This document shows, piece by piece, positions 36,893-49,911 of a stretch of DNA of 64,000 nucleotides (position 1 is its first letter; each line of letters begins with the position of its first letter). The stretch is from Malacoraja senta (Eukaryota). The position numbers were made by a program, and so were the translations under genes. The notes under the pieces were generated by a model, which saw only the letters and a program-made list of their open reading frames with translations, was not told the origin of the DNA and made no database searches. The stretch lies in contig CM075998.1 of NCBI GenBank assembly GCA_038087875.1, positions 4,714,001 to 4,778,000 of the forward strand. Reading direction: 5' to 3'.

Positions 36893-38519
36893 ACTATGAT
36901 GCAGCAGGAGAAAGCTGGAAGAGGGGTGGGGGTGGGACAAAGCCTGGTGAGTGATGGGTGGATACAGGTGAGGGGGATTTTCGATTGGCAGACAGGTGGA
37001 CAAAGGCCATAGGCGTCACGGTGGCGCAGCGGTAGAGTTGCTGCCTCACAGCGCCACTGTCCCGGGTTGCATCCTGACCACGGGTGCTGTCTGTACGGAG
37101 TTTGCACGTTCTCCCCGTGACCTGCGTTGGTTTCCTCCGACATCTTTGGTTTCCTCCCGCGCTCCAAAGACGTACAGGTTTGTAGGTTAATTGGCTTGGT
37201 GTATGTGTAAATTGGCTGCCTCGCCAACAGTCTGTCTGTCCCTTCCTTCTTTGTGTTTTAATAGTATGTGTTAAATGTATGTTTTTAGTGTTCTTTGGCT
37301 TGTTTTATGTGGGGGGTGGTGGAGGGGGGGGAGTTGGGGGAAACTTTTTCTAATCTCGTACCTCGACGGAGATGTGATTTTCTTTCCGTGTTGTATCTCC
37401 GTCCGCACTGCGGCCTAACATCGAGGAGTTGGCGTCTTCTTGCTGGAGACCGACTTCGGGAGCTCCAACCACGGGAGCCTGCGGGCTTGAACATCGCGGA
37501 GCCCGCGGTCTCTGGTCAGAGACCGACTTCGGGAACTCCAGAACGCAGGAGCTTCGACCGCCCCAACGCGGGAGTTTCAATCGCCCCAACGCGGGAGTTT
37601 CAATCGCCCCGATGCGGGGGCTTCGACCGCCGGCTGTGGGAGCTTCGATCGCCCCAACTGCGGATGGTTCGGCTGCGACCGCGGGAGAATAAAAGAGGAA
37701 GAAGATTGGACTTCATTGCCTTCCGTCACAGTGAGGAACGTGGGGAATCCACTGTGGTGGATGTTTATGGTAACTTTCACGTAGTTGTGTGTCCTGTTGC
37801 TTTTATTTAGTATGGTTGTCTGGTCATTCGAATTTCACTGTACCTGCATTGGTACACGTGACAATATACTGACCTTGAAACCCAGTGTGTGTGTAGGATA
37901 GTGTTAATGTGCGGGGATCGCTGGTCGGTGCGGGCTCGGTGGGCCGAAGGGCCTGTTTCCGCTCTGTATCTCTAAACTCAAAGATGAAAGGCGTGCGATA
38001 AGGAGTTAAGTATCGAAGAAACAAGATCTGTGAAGCTAGAGGAAGGAATATATTTGGAAGAGGTTGTGGGGAAGGAGTGGGGGAGAAATGGGGTACATCC
38101 CGGTGGGGCACAGGGAAGGGGAGGGGTATAAAGGGGGGTGGTGAAGGGTGGGGTGCGGGGGGAGTTTGTATGTTAGTTACCTTATGTATAGTTTAATTTT
38201 GAGATACAGCGTGAAAACAGGCCCTTCGGCCCACTGAGTCCGACCCGCATATTAACACTATCCTACACACACTCGGCATAATCTTACATTCATTCCAAGC
38301 CAATTAACCTACAGTACGAACCTGTACATCTTTGGAGTGTGGGAGGAAACCGGAGCGCCTGGAGAAAACCCACGCGGGTCACGGGGAGAGCGTGCAAACT
38401 CCGTACAGGCAGCACCCGTAGTCAGGATGGAACCCCGGGTCTCTGGCGCTGTGAGGCAGCAACTCTACCGCTGCACCACCGTGCCGGCCCTGGCGGGAAG
38501 GAGAGGGTGGGAATTCCCT

Positions 38520-38810
38520 GCTCTAAGCTGCCCATGAGGTACTGTTCCTCCAGTTTGCATCCAACCTCACTCTGGCAGTGGAGGAGGCCCAGGACAGAAA
38601 GGTCAGTGTGGGAATGGGAGGGGGAGTTAAAATGGTTGGCAACCGGGAAATCCAGCAGGCCTTGGCGGACCGAGGGCATGGGTTTGGTAAATCGGTCGTC
38701 GAGTCTAGGCTTGGACTCGCCGATGTAGAGGAGGCCACATAGGGAACAGTGGATGCAGTAGATGATGACAGAGGAGGGGCACGTGAACCTCTCTCTGTCT
38801 CACCTGGAGA
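38520..38810 (-). mobile_element. Penelope GIY-YIG fragment
   Basis: PVANHFNSPSHSHTDLSVLGLLHCQSE on the minus strand. Confidence 0.75.
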
Positions 38811-39344
38811 GAGGCCTAGTCAGGCCCAGTTATTGTCTGACAGCGCTCCAGTGACGTGGTCCCACAAGACCCTCTGCTGGCCTGCCGTTCTGTGACAGGG
38901 CCCGGCTACATCAAAGGCCCTTGGTTATCCAGCACTTGTTATCGCCAGGGTTTGGTCGGAGGCAGGTTTGGCACTGGGCAGTGACGAGGATCACAATGCT
39001 GGCTTCCAAACAAAAAAAAAAGCAAGCAAACTTCAAACAGGCTGCGGCGCTCGGGCCAAACATCTGCTTTTCCTCTCTGCATCCTCGTGTTCTCAGAAAG
39101 GTCAGTTCATGAGCAGCGTTCTCATTAACTCGAGCAGCCCTGATCCAGCTGGAGACTGCGAGAGTTGTGTGCAACGTTATCCCGACAATGAGTCGGTGGT
39201 TTCATTTGCCTTTGGTGCTCACACCATTTCCCACACCTCTCCGTTCAAATTCCTCTTGCCATCTTGCCGTTTTCCAGTCGAAGGTCTTCTCAGTTCAGTT
39301 TAGTGTCAGGTATATCGAGGTACAGTGAAAAGCTTTCGTTACGT

Positions 39345-40735
39345 AGATACAGAGATACATTGAAAATAGGTGCAGGAGTAGGCCATTCGGCCCTTCGAGC
39401 CAGCACCGCCATTCAATGTGATCATGGCTGATCATCCCCAATCAGTACCCCGTTCCTGCCTTCTCTCACTATCCCCTGATTCCGTTAGCCCTAAGAGCTT
39501 TATCTAACTGCATCCAGTGAATCGGCCTCCTGAGGCAGAGAATTCCACAAATTCACAACTCCCTGGGTGAAAAGGTTTTTCCTCATCTCAGTTCTAAATG
39601 GCCTACCCCTTATTCTTAAACTGTGGCCCCTGGTTCTGGTCTCCCTCAACATCGGGAACATGTTTCCTGCCTCTAGCGTGTCCAATCCTTTAATAATTTT
39701 ATATGTTTCCACAAGATATCCTCTCATCCTTCTAAATTCCAGTGAATACAAGCCCAGTCGCTCCATTATTTCACCATATGACAGTCCCGCCATCCCGGGA
39801 ATTAACTTTGTGAACCTACGCTGCACTCCCTCAATAGCAAGAATGTCCTTCCTCAAATTAGGGGACCAAAACTGCACACAATACTCCAGGTGTGGTCTCA
39901 CTATGGCCCTGTACAACTGCAGAAGGACCTCTTTGCACCGATACTCAAATCCTCTCGTTATGAAGGCCAACATGCCATTAGCTTTCTTCACTGCCTGCTG
40001 TACCTGCATACTTACTTTCAGTGACTGATGTACAAGGACACCCAGGTCTCGTTGCACTTCCCCTTTTCCTAATCTGACACCATTCAGATAATAATCTGCC
40101 TTCTTGTTCTTGCCACCAAAGTGGATAACCTCACATTTATCAACATTATACTGCATCTGCCATGCTTCTGCCCACTCACCCAACCTATCCAAGTCACCCT
40201 GCAGCCTCATAGCATCCTCCTCGCGGCTCACACTGCCACCCAGCTTTGTGTCATCCGCAAACTTGGAGATGTCACATTTAATTCCTTCGTCTAAATCGTT
40301 AATATATATTGTAAATAACTGGGGTCCCAGCACCGAGCCTTGCGGCACCCCACTAGTCACTGCCTGCCATTCTGAAAAGGACCCGTTAATTCCTACTCTT
40401 TGCTTCCCAGTTCTCTATCCATGTCAGTACCCTACCCCCAATTCCATGTGCTCTAATTTTGCATACTAATCTCTTGTGTGGGACCTTATCAAAGGCTTTC
40501 TGAAAGTCCAGATACACCACATCCACTGGCTCTCCCTTATCCATTTTACTTGTCACATCCTCAAAAAATTCCTGAATATTAGTCAAACCAGACTTCCCCT
40601 TTGTAAATCCATGCAGTAAATCCTGTCACTGCTTTCCAAATGCATCTTCAACTCCAGTATCTTCCCCAGCACTGATGTCAGGCTAACTGGTCTATAATTC
40701 CCTGCTTTCTCTCTCCCTCCTTTCTTAAAAAGTTA
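39345..40735 (-). mobile_element. CR1-clade LINE, RT-containing 3' portion, decayed
   Basis: VYLDFQKAFDKVPH, SGVPQGSVLGPQLF and KFADDTKLGG in ORFs 40386-40586 and 39500-40360. Confidence 0.95.
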
Positions 40736-43374
40736 GATGGCACTGGGCCTGTACTCGCTGGAGTTTAGAATGATGAGGGGGGGGACTGGATAGAGTGGAT
40801 GTGGAGAGGATGTTTCCACTAGTGGGAGAGTCTAGGACCAGAGGGCACAGCCTCAGAATTAAAAGACGTTCCTTTAGGAAGGAGATGAGGAGGAATTTCT
40901 TTAGCCAGAGGGTGGTGAATCTGTGGAATTCATTGCCACAGACGGCTGTGGAGGCCACAAGTCAGTGGATATTTTTAAGGCAGAGATAGATAGATTCTTG
41001 ATTAGTGCGGGTGTCAGGGGTTATGGGGGGAAGGGAGGAGAATGGGGTTAGGATGGAGAGATAGATCAGCCATGATTGAATGGCGGAGTAGACTTGATGG
41101 GCCGAATGGCCTAATTCTACTTCTATCACTCATGACTTTAAGACCTTATAACTTCTCGGGATTGCGTGAGGCAGTAATTCATTCTGCTTTTTGCTGCTGT
41201 GTCGGTCTGATCACTGTGGGCCTCAGTCGGAAATGTACAGCCGTGGGTTTATAAGGAGAGCGGTAGAGCCGCTGCCTCACAGCGCCAGAGACCACGGGCG
41301 CTGTCTGTGCGGAGTTTGCACGTTCTCCCCGTGACCTGCGTGGGTTATCTCCGGGAGCTCCGGTTTCCTCCCACACTCCAAAGACGTGCAGATTTGGAGG
41401 TTAATTGGCTTCTGTAAAGATTGTAAATTGTCCCTAGTGTGTGTAGGATAGTGTTAGTGTGCGGGGGGATCGCTGGTCGGCACGGACCCGGTGGGCCGAA
41501 GGGCCTGTTTCTGCGCTGTATCTCTAAACTAGACTAAACTAAACTGCACGGATTTCATCCGGATGATCTGGTCTCCTCCCAAATCCCAAAGTGTCACCAG
41601 TAGGTTGGTTAATTTACTGCTGAAAGCTACCCCTACCCCTTTTGTAGGTGGGTTGGAGGGGGAGAATCAGTCAGGAGTTTAGTTTAGGGATACAACGTGG
41701 AAACAGGCCCTTCGGCCCACCGGGACCAGGCCGACCAGCGATCACTGCACACTAACACTATCCTACACACACTAGGGACAATGTACATTCACACCAAGCC
41801 ACTTATCCTACAAACCCGCACACCTTTGGAGTGTGGGAGGAAACCGGAGCACCCGGAGAAAACCCACGCAGGTCACTGGGAGTACATGCAAACTCCATAC
41901 AGACAGCACCCGTGGTCAGCTCTACCCGCTGCACCACTGAGCCGCCATGTTAATGGACTCCGCCTGAGTTACTCCAGCACTTTGTGTCTATCTTCACCAC
42001 GCATTTCACTGATTTGCTGCCCGCTGCCAAATGCAAATTTGCTGGGATGGGATGCATGGGTGGTGGGAACCGTAAAGTGGAGGGGAGACACCTTGCAAAG
42101 GCCAGTCTCACCCCGGGCCACTCCCTCTTCTCCCCTCTCCCAAGAGGTACAGAAGTGCAAAAACGAACGCACACCTCAAGATTAGACAATAGACAATAGA
42201 CAGGTGCAGGAGTAGGCCATTCGGCCCTTCGAGCCAGCACCGCCATTCAATGTGATCATGGCTGATCATCCCCAATCAGTACCCTGTTCCTGCCTTCTCC
42301 CCATATCCCCTCACTCCGCTATTTCCAAGAGCCCTATCTAGCTCTCTCTTGAAAGCATCCAGAGAACCTGCCTCCACCGCCCTCTGAGGCAGGGAATTCC
42401 ACAGACTCACCACTCTGTGAGAAAAAGATTCGGGGACAGTTTCTTCCCGGCTGTTATCAGGCAACTGAACCGTCCTCTCACCAACTAGAGAGCGGTCCTG
42501 ATCTCCCGTCTACCTCATTGGAGACGCTCGGACTATCTTTGATGGGACTTTACTGGACGTTACCTTGTACTAAACGTTATTCCCTTTATCCTGTATCTGT
42601 ACACTGTGGACGGCTCGATTGTAATCATGCATTGACTTTCCGCTGACTGGATAGCACGCGACAAAAAGCTTTTCACTGAACCTCGGTCCACGTGACAATC
42701 AACTCAACTGAAGTGATTTGAACTGAGGACCTTCCCTCTCTCTTGGCCAGATCCCCGAGAAAAAATCGGCATGGCTGGAACACAGAACAGAAAGGCAGAG
42801 GAGTCCAGGAATGAAGTCTGTGCCAACCGTGAATCAGGCTTCAGGGAGTGCTCACTCGTCCGAAAATATCCTGTGCTAAAAAAAAGTTCACTGCCCGCCT
42901 CCCGTGAGCCTGCTGATTCACCGTACAGTTATTCTCACCATCGCGGTGAGGGTTGAGGCAGCCCGACAGCGATCCCTCTTGTCAAGAGTGGAGCTTCACG
43001 GAACAGCACCTCCCATTCACAAATGGGCAGGCTAGGACCCTTATTCAGTTTGAGTTTTTAGTTTTTCACTTTTGGAGTTGCAGCGTGGAAACAGGCTCTT
43101 CGGCCCACCGAGTCCGCGCCGACCATCGATCTCCCGCACACTAACACTATCCTACACACACTAGGGACAGTTTTTACATTTACACCGAAGCCAATCAACC
43201 TACAAACCTGCACGTCTTTGGAGTGTGGGAGGAAACCGAAGATCTTGGAGAAAACCCACGCAGGTCACGGGGAGAACGTGCAAACTCCGTACAGACAGCA
43301 TCCGTAGTCGGGATCGAACCCGGGTCTCCGGCGCTGTGAGACAGCAACTCTACCGCTGCACCACCGTGCCTTGG

Positions 43375-43730
43375 AACGCAGGAGGATGAGGGGTGATCTT
43401 ATGGAGGTGTATAAAATCATGAGGGGAATAGATCAGGTAGATGCACAGAGTCTCTTGCCCAGAGTAGGGGAATCGAGGACCAGAGGACATAGGTTTAAGG
43501 TGAAGGGGAAAAGATTTAATAGGAATCTGAGGGGTAACTTTTTCACACAGAGGGTGGTGGGTGTATGGAACGAGCTGCCGGAGGAGGTAGTTGAGGCTGG
43601 GACTATCCCAACGTTTAAAAGACATTTGGACAGGTACACGGATAGGACAGGTTTAGAGGGATATGGACAAAGCGCGGGCAGGTGGGACTAGTGTAGATGG
43701 GGCATGTTGGCCGGTGTGGGCAAGTTGGCA
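43375..43730 (+). mobile_element. CR1-clade LINE 3' fragment
   Basis: ERRRMRGDLMEVYKIMRG...FFTQRVVGVWNELP. Confidence 0.85.
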
Positions 43731-43939
43731 GCTTACAACCCAGCAGCACGAAACTATCTTTAATCGGACTTTACTGACTTTACCTTGCACTAAACGTTAT
43801 TCCCTTATCCTGTATCTGTACACTGTGGACGGCTCGATTGTAATCCTGTGTAGTCTTTCCGCTGGCTGGTTAGCACGCGACAAGAAATCTTTTCACTACA
43901 CGTGACAATAAACTGAACTAAAGCATCTTTAACTGGACT

Positions 43940-44370
43940 TAGACACAAAACGCTGGAGTAACTCAGCGGGACAGGCAGCATCTCTGGAGAGAAGGAATGG
44001 GTGACGTTTCGGATCGAGACCCTTCTTCAGACTGAGAGTCAGGGGAAAGGGAAGAGACATAGACGGTGATGTGGAGAGATAGAGAACAAATGAATGAAAG
44101 ATATGCAAAAAAGTGACGATGATGAAGGAAACAGGCCATTGTTAGCTGTTTGTTGGTGAAAACAAGTTACAGACAATGAGACTCAACAAGCCGACTTTGA
44201 AGCTGGTACGACTTGGGTGGGGGAGGGATGGAGAGAGAGGGGATGCAGGGGTTACTAGAAGTTAGAGAAATCAATATTCATACCACTGGGGTGTAAGCTG
44301 CCCAAGCGAAATGTGAGATGCTGTTCCTCCAATTTGCGTTTGACCTCACTCTGAACGGTCCAGAGGCCAA
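43940..44370 (-). mobile_element. Penelope 3' end with hammerhead-like motif (44003-44032)
   Basis: KLEEQHLTFRLGSLHPSGMNIDFSNF* followed by CTGAAGAAGGGTCTCGATCCGAAACGTC on the minus strand. Confidence 0.8.
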
Positions 44371-47300
44371 ATGCAAGCCAGCATCTGCAGTTCCTTCCTC
44401 CAGCTTTCATAGGACATAGGAGCAGAATTAGGCCATTCGGCCCATCGTGGACGTTTGCAAACGTACACTTATCTATCGCGTCACGAGAGACTGCGGACGC
44501 TGGAAGCAATGAAGCAAACACAAAGTGCCGGGGCAACTCAGCGGGTCAGGCAGCAGCTGTGGAGGGAATGTACAGGTGGCGTCTTGAGTCGGGACAACGG
44601 CTAGAGATGAGAAGGCAGGAGGCTGTGAGATAAGGAGATAAGGAGAGGCAGGGAATGTGAAGCCAGAGGAAGGAATACAGGTGGAAGAGAACGGGGAGGG
44701 GCGGGGGGGGAAAGGGAGAACTGGGTGAGAAACAGATGGGACACAGGGAAGAGAGAGGGTAAACAATGGTGAGGGGAGAGGCTGTTCTGCTTCCAGGTTA
44801 GTTACCTAACACCTGCTGGAGGTTAGAAGGAGGGTCCCTCCCCCACCACTCTTTGTCAGCTCGAGTGCGAGCAGGGGATCGCTGGTCGGTGCCGACCCGC
44901 CGGGCCGAAGGGCCTGTATCTCTGAAGTAAAATATTCTCCACACAAGATTTGAATTCTCAAATAAATAAGCTCCTCTGGTGAGGCAAGCTCCTGGGATTT
45001 GAAGATGCCAAACTTTCACTTCACTCCCAAGCTGTGGACGATGCCAGTGTTATGATTCAGCTATCACACAAAGCGACAGAATGAGGCTTTGCTACACACT
45101 CCCCTGCACGCTCCCACTCTCTCGCCCCAATACACAATAGAGAATAGGTGCGGGAGTAGGCCATTCGGCCCTTCGAGCCAGCACCGCCATTCAATATGAT
45201 CATGGCTGATCATCCCCAATCAGTACCCCGTTCCTGCCTTCTCCCCATATCCCCTGACTGCGCTATCTTTAAGAGCCCTGTCTAGCTCTCTCTTGAAAGC
45301 ATCCAGAGAACCGGCATCCGAGGCAGAGAATTCCGCAGACTCACCACTCTCCGTGTGAAAAAGTGTTTCCTCGTCTCCGTTCTAAATGGCTTACCCCTTA
45401 TTCTTAAACTGTGTGGCCCCTGGTTCTGGACTCCCCCAACATGGGGAACATGTTTCCTGCCTCTAGCGTGTCCAAGCCCTTAACAATCTTATATGTTTCA
45501 ATGAGATGTCACTTGCTCCTCCTCAGTACCCTGACTCCATCACTCCTTGAACCCCCTCAAGGATAATACTGGCACATATTGCCCGGTGGTGCAGCGGTAG
45601 AGTTGCTGCCTCACAGCGCTTGCAGCGCCAGAGACCCGGGTTCCATCCCGACTTCGGGTGCTGTCTTTACGGAGTTTGTACGTTTCTCTGAGATCTCCGG
45701 TTTCCTCCCACACTCGAGAGTCGTGCATGTTTGTACGTTCATCGGCTTGGTATAACCATATAACCATATAACAATTACAGCACGGAAACAGGCCATCTCG
45801 GCCCTTCTAGTCCGTGCCGAACACTTACTCACCTAGTCCCATCTACCTGCACTCAGACCATAACCCTCCATTCCTTTCCCGTCCATATATATAGTTATTG
45901 GACTTTGCATTTTGGAAAAGTCCCAGCTGAGAGGAAGACAGCAAAATACTAAAAATATTGGGGGTGAAAATTACAGTTTGTTAGGAAAATGAAGGAAATG
46001 GTAACAGAATACTTATACAGCTGAGTGAATATAATTTTAAGGATGAGAAATTGTGTTCAACCAATTGATGACTTCTTTGACAAAGTAACTAGCATGTTAG
46101 ATAACAAGGAAGCCAATGGATGTAGCAAATTTTGTTATAGAAAATTCGGTCCGTGAAGTGCCCCATAAAAGATTACCGCATTAGATAAGCACCTGTGGAC
46201 TTGAACCTAATATGTTTAGTCCAGGGGGTCAGATATGGGGCTTTATGTGTGGGCCAGATATATTGTCAGTGCAGTGGGGCTAGGAGCAAGGCCAAGTGTT
46301 CATCCAGAGTCAAGGTCTGGAATAGTACTAGGTATGCAGTCAAAGCTGGGACAATGGGAGCGTTCAGCACTGGGAACCTAAGCAGGTAAGCAGCTATGAT
46401 CAGGGTAGAATAGGGGGCCAGGTGTAAGGCTGGACTCAGGGTCAGGAATGAGAGAAGGTATGCAACTGGAGTCAGGGTCAGGAGTAGTACCAGGTGTGCA
46501 GTGAGACCCACGCTGGTCAACATGGCCCAAGTGCTTGATTATAATCTGATTTCCATACATGAATACACTAAGATCATTCATATGTTGCACCTGTTGATCA
46601 GAGCCTGGCTCTACTGTGGAATGTAATTAGGAATGCAATTTACTCTAACCTTATTCATAGCTAATCCAATTTAAAGCATAAATATTGCATTCAAGTGTAA
46701 GTTAAAAGACTCGCTACAGTATGCACCAGATTGCACAATTTCAAGCTGAAAAATGCAAAAGCTCCGTAGCAATGGACACCCCCCTCCCACATCCTCCACC
46801 CCCCCCCCCCCCCCGGTCGCTACGCTCCTTCAGGCTTGTTTTCTCGCAATTTCTCACTCCCAACTCTCACCCAATGTTGGCAGCCCTGTATAAGTGTAAA
46901 TTGTCCCTAGTGAGTGCAGGGTAGTGTTAGTGTGCGGGGATCGCTGGTCGGCACGGACTCGTTGGGCCGAAGGGCCTGATTCGTGCTGTATCTCTTAACT
47001 GAACGAAACTAAATATCAGCACCATCGTAACACCGATGGTGTCACATAAGTGCCTGGATAGAGTGGATGTGGAGAGGATGTTTCCACTGGTGGGAGAGTC
47101 TGGGACCAGAGGTCACAGCCTCAGAATTAAAGGATGTTCCTTTCGGAAGGAGATGAGGAGGAATTTCTTTAGCCAGAGGGTGGTGAATCTGTGGGATTCA
47201 TTGCCACAGACGGCTGTGGAGGCCAAGTCAATGACGTTTCGGGTCGAGACACTTCTTCAGACCCTATTGTACTTGAGTTTGACTTGATTCTATTTAGGTA

Positions 47301-47421
47301 TAGTATTATCTGATCAGATTGGATAGCTTGCAATACAAAGTGTTTCACTGTACCTCGGTACACGTGACAGTAATAAATCTAAACCTCAACTTGGAGAGGG
47401 AGTATGAAAATGTCTGGTCTC

Positions 47422-47919
47422 TTCTTCTTCTGTCGTGTGTCTTGTAGACCTGAAGCTCCGTTGAGGCGAGCCAGGCCAACGTGTCATCGTCCAGGTCAAT
47501 CAGGCCTCGTTCACCATTCGGTGGCTGGTGTTTGGGGCAACTGGTGACTATGTGTGGGCTCCACTGTCTGTGTTGGGTCCCCACACTCACAGGAGGCACT
47601 CGCTGTCCACAAGGCCCCACCTCTTCATCGCCACTCCATAGCGTCCGACGCCTGTCCTCAAGCGGTTGAGAGTTGTCCACTGCTTTCGGGGGCAGGAGGA
47701 GACAAAGACAGCAGTCTACACGGCCTCCTCCACGAGCAGCTTACAGGCTCATAAGCCCACAAAGCGAAACCAATGTCTTTACCGCGTCTGCAGACCGCTA
47801 AAAGCCATGCCTCCCCAGGCCGGGCGGCACCGTTAAATGCCGCCAACTGTCGAGGTTTAGTGCTACTGCAGCTCAATGTTGAAGGCCTTACCACCGCCAA
47901 GCTCAACGTCATCGAACAG
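47422..47919 (-). mobile_element. Vingi/Ingi-like non-LTR insertion with inverted 5' segment
   Basis: 12-bp TSD ATGTCTGGTCTC. The minus-strand 3' end (HIVTSCP...LDDDTLAWL, (GAA)n tail) is joined to a plus-strand 5' segment encoding the APE start LLQLNVEGLTTAK. Confidence 0.7.
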
Positions 47920-47988
47920 ATGTCTGGTCTCGACTGGACACGTCACCCATTCCTTCTCTCCAGAGATGCTGCCTGTCCCGCTGAGTTA

Positions 47989-48414
47989 AGGGCCTGTCCC
48001 ACGGGCATGCGACTCCATGTGGCAAGCGCGACCTAACCGCAAGCGGGGGGCCGCGCGGAGGTCGCGGGGCCGGTCCCACTTCGATCGCCGGAGCCGTCTG
48101 GAGTTGTGCGGAGCTGGTCCCGAAAATCGCGCGGGGCTCCGAAAAACTGACACTGTTCAAAAATTCCGCGCGGCAACGGCTTCCCGGCCCGCCGCCGCAT
48201 CGAGGCCGTGCGCGCCGCCTCGCCGCCGTACGCACCGTCTTGACGTCACTCGACCTCCTCGCTGCCCCCGCTTCCGGTTTGGTCGCGCTTGCCGCATGCA
48301 GCCGCATGCTGGCGGGACCGGCCCTGTACGGGGATCACTCGACCTCCGCGCGGCCCCCGCTTCCGGTTAGGTCGCGCTTGCCGCATGGAGTCGCATGCCC
48401 GTGGGACAGGCCCT
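47989..48414. mobile_element. PIF/Harbinger MITE, TSD TTA
   Basis: ~60-bp TIR beginning AGGGCCTGTCCCACGGGCATGCGAC. It splits gctgag-tta-ctccagc of a Penelope tail. Confidence 0.9.
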
Positions 48415-48849
48415 TTACTCCAGCAATTTGTGTCTATCTTCGGTTTAAACCAGCACCTGCAGTTCCTTCCGACACATTTCGCCTCGACCTTATAAATCAG
48501 GAACGGAGGTAGTTCCAACATGTTGTTTATTCAGCCGACTGCACTTAATTGACTCTGTGCACCATTTAAAATCAAATTTGTCTCAGTATTAATTATCAAC
48601 AACCTCTGTAATAATTGCCGATAATTTGACCAACTAGCATTTTTTTGACAAGGGCAGGCATTGATTTTTAATCCTCTGATGTGCTAATCACCATGACCTT
48701 CTCAAGGATAATTAAGGGTTGGTAACATATCGTGACGTTCCCAGCAATGTACATATATCCTTTAAATGAATTTTTTTTAATGTCTCTTGCGTCCTGAAGC
48801 ACTCACCTGCCGCTGGTATCATCCCCAACAGATTTAAAATCCAGCCAAA

Positions 48850-49472
48850 ACATAGAAACATAGAAACATAGAAATTAGGTGCAGGAGTAGGCCATTCGGC
48901 CCTTCGAGCCTGCACCGCCATTCAATATGATCATGGCTGATCATCCAACTCAGTATCCCGTACCTGCCTTCTCTCCATACCCTCTGATCCCTTTAGCCAC
49001 AAGGGCCACATCTAACTCCCTCTTAAATATAGCCAATGAACTGGCCTCGACTACCTTCTGTGGCAGAGAGTTCCAGAGATTCACCACTCTCTGTGTGAAA
49101 AAAGTTTTTCTCATCTCGGTTTTAAAGGATTACCCCCTTATCCTTAAGCTGTGACCCCTTGTCCTGGACTTCCCCAACATCGGGAGCAATCTTCCTGCAT
49201 CTAGCCTGTCCAACCCCTTAAGAATTTTGTACGTTTCTATAAGATCCCCTCTCAATCTCCTAAATTCTAGAGAGTATAAACCAAGTCTATCCAGTCTTTC
49301 TTCATAAGACAGTCCTGACATCCCAGGAATCAGTCTGGAGAACCTTCCCTGCACTCCCTCTATGGCAATAATGTCCTTCCTCAGATTTGGAGACCAAAAC
49401 TGTACGCAATACTCCAGGTGTAGTCTCACCAAGACCCTGTACAACTGCAGTAGAACCTCCCTGCTCCTATAC
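48850..49472 (-). mobile_element. CR1-clade LINE 3' fragment
   Basis: ORF 49130-49474(-) LQLYRVLVRLHLEYCVQFWSP, with (catagaaa)n tail. Confidence 0.9.
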
Positions 49473-49635
49473 ATGGATTTGAGCGTTTGTCGGCACTGGG
49501 CCTGTACTCGCTGGAGTTTAGAAGAATGAGGGGGGGGACCTCATTGAAACGTACAGAATAGTGGAAGGCCTGGATAGAGTGGATATGGGGAGGATGTTTC
49601 CACTAGTGGGCGAGTCTAGGACCAGAGGTCATAGC

Positions 49636-49911
49636 GTGTTTAAGAAGGAACTGCAGATGCTGGAAAATCGAAGGTAGACAAAAATGCTGGAGAAACTCAG
49701 CGGGTGCGGCAGCATCTATGGAGCGAAGGAAATAGGCAACGTTTTGGGCCGAAACCCAGAAGGAAATAGGCAACGTTTCGGGACGAAACCCAGAAGGAAA
49801 TAGGCAACGTTTCGGGCCGAAACCCGGAAGGGTTTCGTCCCGAAACGTTGCCTATTTCCTTCGCTCCATAGATGCTGCCTCACCCGCTGAGTTTCTCTAG
49901 CATTTTTGTCT
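49636..49911. mobile_element. Fold-back (palindromic) Penelope-tail insertion, 15-bp TSD
   Basis: ACCAGAGGTCATAGC on both sides, within a CR1. Arms gtagacaaaaatgct... / ...agcatttttgtctac are reverse complements. Confidence 0.8.

Noticed and set aside
47686..47760. Possible HDV-like ribozyme at the 5' end of the Vingi-like element
   Set aside because: I can see only a simple hairpin and could not build the nested double pseudoknot.
47989..48414. CpG-rich patches as promoters or CpG islands
   Set aside because: They are fully explained by young Harbinger MITEs with TIRs and TSDs.
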